Both the position numbers and the translations under genes were made by a program. Below, piece after piece: positions 58,049 to 64,000 of a stretch of 64,000 bases of DNA. The stretch lies in the NCBI RefSeq assembly GCF_011745625.1, contig NW_027191461.1:372001-436000 (forward strand). Reading direction: 5' to 3'. Origin of the DNA: Cladosporium halotolerans (taxonomy: Eukaryota). Numbering within the stretch: position 1 is the stretch's first letter; each line of letters opens with the position of its first letter. The notes below the pieces were generated by a model. The model was given only the letters and a program-made list of their open reading frames with translations. It did not search any database and was not told where the DNA came from.

Positions 58049-59995
58049 ATGGACGTCGGCGCCCGTGTGCGCACGGCGGGGGAGCACAACGCAGGCGAAG
58101 GGGATGTGCGACGGCCAGCGTCTGCGAGCCTGGCCTGCAGACACGGCCACGCCGTGCTGGGCCATCTGCCGCAGGACGAGCCTCGAATGCGCAAACGCCG
58201 CGGGCTGCAGCGGACAAAACCTACACGGCGACAGACTGTCCAATTGACCACGACCGCTGCGTGTGCGCTGCTTGCGACCGTCGTGCCCATCGCAATGGCA
58301 CAGGAGAGCTGCATCTCGCTGGCCGAATCCACCGCCTGTCCCGCATTCAACGCTTCCTCCATATCCACCAACTCCGACCTGACCGGATTGTTTCCTTTTC
58401 TTTCGGACGTCACGGACGTTCAATCTTTCGACTCTGAAATTCAGAATTATGTATCCGGCGACTTTGCGCGCACAAAGTAAGTAGTCGACGTGGGTGCATG
58501 CGCTGTGTTTGTTTACTAACAACAAGATAAAAGGTACCAACAGCTCCTGGGATGCGACGACTTCAACTCTGATAACACGACAGCTCTCTACGCACGATAC
58601 ACCACGAGCGTTCTATGCAACGCTATAATTCAGAACTCAGCCGAACCTTGTGGCCTCCAAAATGATGCCGCTCGGCCGCTCTGCGCCGACTCATGCGCGG
58701 AGTATGCATTGAGCGAGCAAGAGATCACTGCGAGCGATGTCTGCGGGAATGCAGACTCGAATGCGCTCACACAGATCCGCGCAGATTTCACTAATTGTGC
58801 ACTTCCGGCCAACTCTCTTAGTGGCGCCTGCATACCTGCCGTGGAGAATCAACCTGACGATTGTGGCTTCAGCTCTAATCTAGGGTCTCTGTGCATGTAC
58901 TGCTCTTCAACTTCACCCAACGCGACGGACTCATGTTGTGTCTTCTCCAACACCGAGGAGCGTTGCGACAATGTGGCCCTGCCGGTGATAGCATCGTCGT
59001 CTCTGTCGCAAATCGTTACAACTTTCACGGCTAGCGGAACTGCCAGCCCAACGGAAGCGGCATCTTCAGGTTCTGGAACCCACCGTGGCCTCACAGGAGG
59101 CCAAATCGCAGGAATCGTCATTGGTGCCGTCCTAGGCGCTTTGGCGCTCCTGGCCCTCATCATCTTTGGTTGCCTCTTGCTACGGAAACGACGCGCGAGC
59201 AGTCCTGCTACCAGCATCTTCAATCAACCCTCGACCATGAAGCAAATGCCACCGCCTCCGTCTGGATATACTGATGGACTTGCGGACGACAAAGATCGCG
59301 GTGGCCTATCTGTGTTGGGAGGTGGGCGTGTTGCCAGGATGTCAGCTCTAGAGCATTCTGGCAGCCCAAGCCCTACTGAAAACTCTCCAATACTTGCAAC
59401 AGGTGCAGCAGGCCCAGGAGATTCGGAAGACGACACACCAGGACCACGTCGGCGTACGGAGCCACCGCGGACCGGTACTCGCAATGGATCGCTCTCCAGC
59501 ACATCACAGCTCACGCCGGGTGCGACAACAGCTACGGCCGCCGCCAAAACCCCCGGCAGCGGCAACGGTGGATTCGACTCTTCATCTCCCGATTGGACCT
59601 CACCCGAATCCGGCGGTCAAAGCGAACAATTGGCCTTCTTCAAAGACTACTACAGCTCGGACGAAATCCACCCTTCCGACGTCGTCGCAGCGCTCTGGGC
59701 TTACGAGCCGCGCGCAGCGGACGAGTTCCAGCTCGAGCGCGGAGACATGGTCAAGGTCGTCGGCATCTGGGACGACGGATGGGCGACGGGCATCCGCGTG
59801 CGCGGCAAAGCAGAAGACTGGAAGCCCAGCTCGCAGCGCGACTCGGGCATGACCGATGCTGAGTCGAAGGCTCAGCAGTCACAGGGGGAGAACGGGGGTG
59901 AAGTCAAGGCTTTCCCGCTCGTTTGCGTTTGTCTGCCGCAGCATTGGCGGAAGACGATTGAGGGCGATTCGACGGGCGAGATGAGCGGGTACTGA
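58049..59995 (+). CDS. Single-pass membrane protein: Cys-rich ectodomain, TM helix, C-terminal SH3 domain; intron 58477-58533
   Basis: GTAAGT..CTAAC..AAG intron restores the frame (RTK|YQQLLGC); TM GGQIAGIVIGAVLG..; SH3 ALWAYEPRAADEFQLERGD..WDDGWATG; start uncertain (57821, 58049 or 58187). Confidence 0.85.
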
Positions 59996-60882
59996 GTTTC
60001 CCGCACGGAGGGCTTCCATCAGCTCTCGTCTGAGGGAACTTGATCATCACCCCTATGTCCTCCGACAGCATCAACATCAGCATCCCGACGCGCAGCATCA
60101 TCTTACGGCTTTTCCCGTTCATGGCAGCATTGGAAACCACGATTCTTGGAAGACGTCCCCCCGTCGTCGTAATTTGGGCCCGCTTCGACTTCAACCAACA
60201 AACCCCTCAATTGACGCAGCTTCACGCAGCTACCTTTTTCGTTTTTTGCATACAGTTTGCATGATTTTATTTTTCGTTCTATGGAAATCCGGATACCCCG
60301 CGCGGCATTAGAGTCTGCGCGCTTCGTTTTTTTGGAAGAGAGGAGAGAGAGAATTGGATTGGAAGAGAAGAGGCGAGGTAAATTCTAGAGTAATGTAGAC
60401 ATCGAATGCAATGATATGTGAGATTCATGATGCGCTTGTTTCGGTCTTGTGTCTGTCTCTGCTTGTCGAGATGTGACGTCGAGCTTGCTTGTGCGCTGAT
60501 CATACATGTATGCATGGCTCAATGCGGATAGAAGTCGTCGGCTCAATGCACATGAAGAATATCATCATCGCCTCCCGTCATTCCGTAGGATAACCCATCA
60601 ATACCGAGCACGCGATCCAAACACGCCCACAGCACAATCCGGCCACGTGCGGGCCTCAAACTCCAGGCCGATCTTCAAGCCCTGGGGCCCGGCCCGCGCC
60701 TCCCAATCCGCGCCCCGATCGGCAGTTGCCTCCCCGGACGCGCTTGTTTGTAAACAACGACGCCGTCTTCACAGCTCAGCCCAGCTCTCAAAAGCAGCTA
60801 ATTTCGTGGACTTACCATCCCGTCCACGACCTATCACTACTAACTAACCACGCACAGCACGACAAAGAGCACAGCACACGAC

Positions 60883-63800
60883 ATGGTGGCGACTCGCGGA
60901 GGCGCCCGCACGGGCGTGCAGGAGGAGAATAAGGTGGTGGAGGACAAGGGCTTGGCGCTGAAGAAGAAGCCTGTGAGGCGCGCGACTGCGAAGACGGCGC
61001 CGGCGGCGAAGGGGAGGGCGACGCGGTCGAGGAAGGTTGAGGTTGAGGATGAGCAGGACGATGAGCTTGCTGGAGCACAAGCGGCTGAGGAGGAGGCTGC
61101 CGAAACGCCCAAGACGACCACGACGCGAGCGACGAGGTCGAGGAGGGGAGAGACTGCGGAGCCGGAGCCGGAGACGAGGCCTGCGAAGGCGGCGAGCAGC
61201 ACACAAGCGAAGAGGCCGGCGAGGACACGGTCTACGCGAGCTGCTGAGGCGGCGCCGGAGAAGAGTAAAGCTCCCGCGCCACAGGCGAAGCCTGCGCTGG
61301 CTGCTAGACCGACGAGACAGACGCGCGCGAAGACGCCGGTTCCTCAGACGACGACTTCACCTCTGTCTCCTAAGAAGATCACGCAGGTGTCGAGAGTGCG
61401 CACGAGGAGCACTAGGAGCGCTCAGGACGAGAAGCCGAAGTTGGCGCCCAGCAACCGCGCGGCGCCCGTGGCTTCGAGGACGACACGCAAACGCACAGTT
61501 TCGGACGAGAACGCTGAGGTTCCTGAGCTCATGGCCAGGAGGTCTCCGGACTGCGAAGTCATCGAGGAACTCTCAGCGCCGCCCAAAGCGCCATCCCCTC
61601 GCAAAACATCGCCTGCCAAAGACACCAGGGAAGACGACGAAACGCCCATGAGCTCGCGAGAGACCACACCCTCAGACTCCCCAGCTCCCACATTCGAGCA
61701 ACCGAAAAACTATACCGAAGACTACCTGGACGCCCCCTCCACCGACAACACAGAAGACGAGGCGGAGGCGGAGGAGCAGTCGGCATCAGACGACGAACTC
61801 TGCGGCCCCAAAACGCCCATGCGCCGCTCTCACAGGACCGGCCAGCGCTTCTACACTTCTCCGCAGAGGACCGCGAGGCGGTCGGACCCGCGTGTTCCGG
61901 AGCAGACGCCGCCTAGGCGCATCGGCGCGGAGGGCGCCACGCGCGCTACGCCTCGGACGATGGCGCCGCGGAGCCAAGCTGCTGTGCCGCTGTCTGCTGT
62001 TGAGCCGATGACTGTCTCGCGGGCGGCGGATCGAGCGTTTGTTTTCAGGCCGCTTGAGCGTGAAGAGGCTTCTCCTGAGCCACATGTCTCGGATGATGCT
62101 GAAGAGGAGATGTCAGGCAATGATGACGAGGTCGAGGAACCAGACGCGACACAGAACGAGTTTGAGGATGCCTCTGGAGCCAGCGAAGATGAAAATGAAG
62201 TGCCCGCCGACGATGCAGAGACATCTGCAGTGGATCCCAACGAGACTATCGTCGTGGATGAGGATGAAGCCAGCAACGTGGATGAGTCGGAGGTGGCAGA
62301 TTCGCCCACCGTCCAACCACCCGTCGCTTCCTACGAAGAAGACGACAGTATGGTCGATGTCGATTCATCCATGGTGGAGCCTCCGGTTGCATCCTACGAA
62401 CCCGAAGACAGCACACTAGAAGCAGATTCGCCGACCGCTGAGCCACCCGTGCCGGCTTATGAGTTTGACGAAGACGACAGTGTCGTGATGCACGAAGTCG
62501 AAGAAGACGATACGCAGATCGCTAGTGACCACGAGGATGACGATGACGCCCCAGACGCAACCATGTTTGGCCTGCAGACTCCACGCCATCAGACTATCCC
62601 ATGGCAAAATCTCCGGGACGATAACACCATACCGGTGGACTTCGACCTGCATTTCGCCGATGTTCGCAGTCCCACTCGCATTGACGCAGAGGTGCCGTTC
62701 GCCGGTGAGGACATCGTCTCGGAGACTCAGGCTGACTACACAGACGCCGATTTCGAGATGGACAATCAGACTGGTGGCTATGCTGCAGAGCCGACAATGA
62801 CACTTAACGACTTCATCGATGTGGATGCGCTCGCTGAGCCAACCATGCAGGCGGATGCGTTTGCTGGCGCGGAAGATGAGGTTATTGATGTCGAGCAGGC
62901 TGAGGCAGAGCCTGTGGAAGCTGCCGATGAGCAGGACAATACAGTTATCATCACAAGGCCGGAGGCGAGCTTGTCCAGCCCGGTGACACCCCGGGACAGC
63001 GAGCCAGTGCAGGCCGTAGCCACGCCGCCTCAGCACGTGGACGATGTACTGGAGGTCGTCGACGACGAGCTGGTGCCTCACTATGCGTTGCCCACCCTGT
63101 CTTCCAGGCGCAAATCGCTCCCTGCTTTGTGCAACCAGACTCCTGTTCGATCCGCCTCAAGGCCTACGACTTCAGACGGAGCCAGCATTGCGAGGATCGC
63201 CCGTCCATTCGACGAGCCCTGGTGGTCTAGGTCTCGTAGGTCCTCGATGGCGGAGCTGGCAAACTCTACGACGCCCAGCCGCAAGCACAGCACTCCTGCG
63301 AGCAAGGGAACGCCGAAGGCTGTTGACCAACTGCCGTCGTCTCCTCTCGCAGTCAAGACGCCTGCTTTCACACCAGCCAAGCGCCTCGCTCGCATTGCAC
63401 CTGGATCTGAAGCCAACAGTCAGGCTCAGACTGTTGCAGCACCTGTACGCTTCCGCACGCCTGCTCCTTCGAGCATCAAACACGCAGCAATAATTCAAAG
63501 GCTGCCATCTCAGCAGCACGAGCTTGAGTCCAAGAGAGTTGCAACTCCGACCTCGGCCCGCCGGCCGTCAGGCCATGAAGGTCCGTCGGAGCAAAAGAAT
63601 ACGAGCGTTGTTCCTCTGCGTCTGCGCACGCCGACTTCGACTCGTGCTGCTCGCACACCTTCGACTAGTGCCACGCCGCTTGCAGAAACCACTCCCGTCG
63701 CGACGCCAAAAGAGCGTTTCCCTCGTCGTTCAGCAAGACAGCCGGCCGCCAATCATGCAAGTACAGTTGCTGCTCCCGCCCGCTTCCATACTCCCATTCA

Positions 63801-64000
63801 AGGAAAACCTAAGCGTCCTGCTACCGCGCAAAGGCTCGCCTCGCAGAATGGCACGCCCAAGATTCAATCCGCCACGGTGACTCCTACCGGTCGTCCGGGC
63901 GCTGCTTCTCAGGAACCACCAAGGCGGACACCTTCGCCAATTAAACCAACAGCTGCAGTGACGCCGCAAGCACGTTACCCTCGGCTGCCTCCAAGACAAG
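60883..64000 (+). CDS. Large low-complexity protein (basic N-terminus, acidic middle, S/T-P-rich distal part); runs off the window end
   Basis: ORF from ATG 60883 (MVATRGGARTG..) with no stop seen through 64000; absent from the ORF track, presumably because it is unterminated. Confidence 0.8.
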   Translation, partial: MVATRGGARTGVQEENKVVEDKGLALKKKPVRRATAKTAPAAKGRATRSRKVEVEDEQDDELAGAQAAEEEAAETPKTTTTRATRSRRGETAEPEPETRPAKAASSTQAKRPARTRSTRAAEAAPEKSKAPAPQAKPALAARPTRQTRAKTPVPQTTTSPLSPKKITQVSRVRTRSTRSAQDEKPKLAPSNRAAPVASRTTRKRTVSDENAEVPELMARRSPDCEVIEELSAPPKAPSPRKTSPAKDTREDDETPMSSRETTPSDSPAPTFEQPKNYTEDYLDAPSTDNTEDEAEAEEQSASDDELCGPKTPMRRSHRTGQRFYTSPQRTARRSDPRVPEQTPPRRIGAEGATRATPRTMAPRSQAAVPLSAVEPMTVSRAADRAFVFRPLEREEASPEPHVSDDAEEEMSGNDDEVEEPDATQNEFEDASGASEDENEVPADDAETSAVDPNETIVVDEDEASNVDESEVADSPTVQPPVASYEEDDSMVDVDSSMVEPPVASYEPEDSTLEADSPTAEPPVPAYEFDEDDSVVMHEVEEDDTQIASDHEDDDDAPDATMFGLQTPRHQTIPWQNLRDDNTIPVDFDLHFADVRSPTRIDAEVPFAGEDIVSETQADYTDADFEMDNQTGGYAAEPTMTLNDFIDVDALAEPTMQADAFAGAEDEVIDVEQAEAEPVEAADEQDNTVIITRPEASLSSPVTPRDSEPVQAVATPPQHVDDVLEVVDDELVPHYALPTLSSRRKSLPALCNQTPVRSASRPTTSDGASIARIARPFDEPWWSRSRRSSMAELANSTTPSRKHSTPASKGTPKAVDQLPSSPLAVKTPAFTPAKRLARIAPGSEANSQAQTVAAPVRFRTPAPSSIKHAAIIQRLPSQQHELESKRVATPTSARRPSGHEGPSEQKNTSVVPLRLRTPTSTRAARTPSTSATPLAETTPVATPKERFPRRSARQPAANHASTVAAPARFHTPIQGKPKRPATAQRLASQNGTPKIQSATVTPTGRPGAASQEPPRRTPSPIKPTAAVTPQARYPRLPPRQ

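Overview
Eukaryotic, intron-containing filamentous ascomycete genomic DNA. The short GT-AG introns with CTRAY branch points and the gene families suggest a Dothideomycete, but this is an inference. The window holds about 22 protein-coding genes, including an alpha/beta-hydrolase, ADAL-type deaminase, Ral2/Mds3-like kelch protein, 1-Cys peroxiredoxin, DHA1 MFS transporter, SnoaL/NTF2 protein, MBOAT acyltransferase, laccase, pectin lyase, Clp1, cytosolic ProRS, a PPR protein, an SH3 membrane protein and several hypotheticals. It also holds an intron-containing tRNA-Leu(TAG), two tandem paralogous pseudogenes, an interstitial (TTAGGG)3 tract and a roughly 6 kb gene-free block with a 75-bp tandem duplication. 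Three observations stand out. (1) A secreted protein carries a duplicated, Kex2 (KR)-delimited peptide whose two copies differ only at synonymous sites. (2) The kelch gene has an AUG-depleted 233-codon N-terminal segment whose start codon lies inside a predicted leader intron, suggesting long and short isoforms. (3) Two head-to-head genes share the same His/Glu-rich domain. Product calls come from motif recognition only; no database searches were run.
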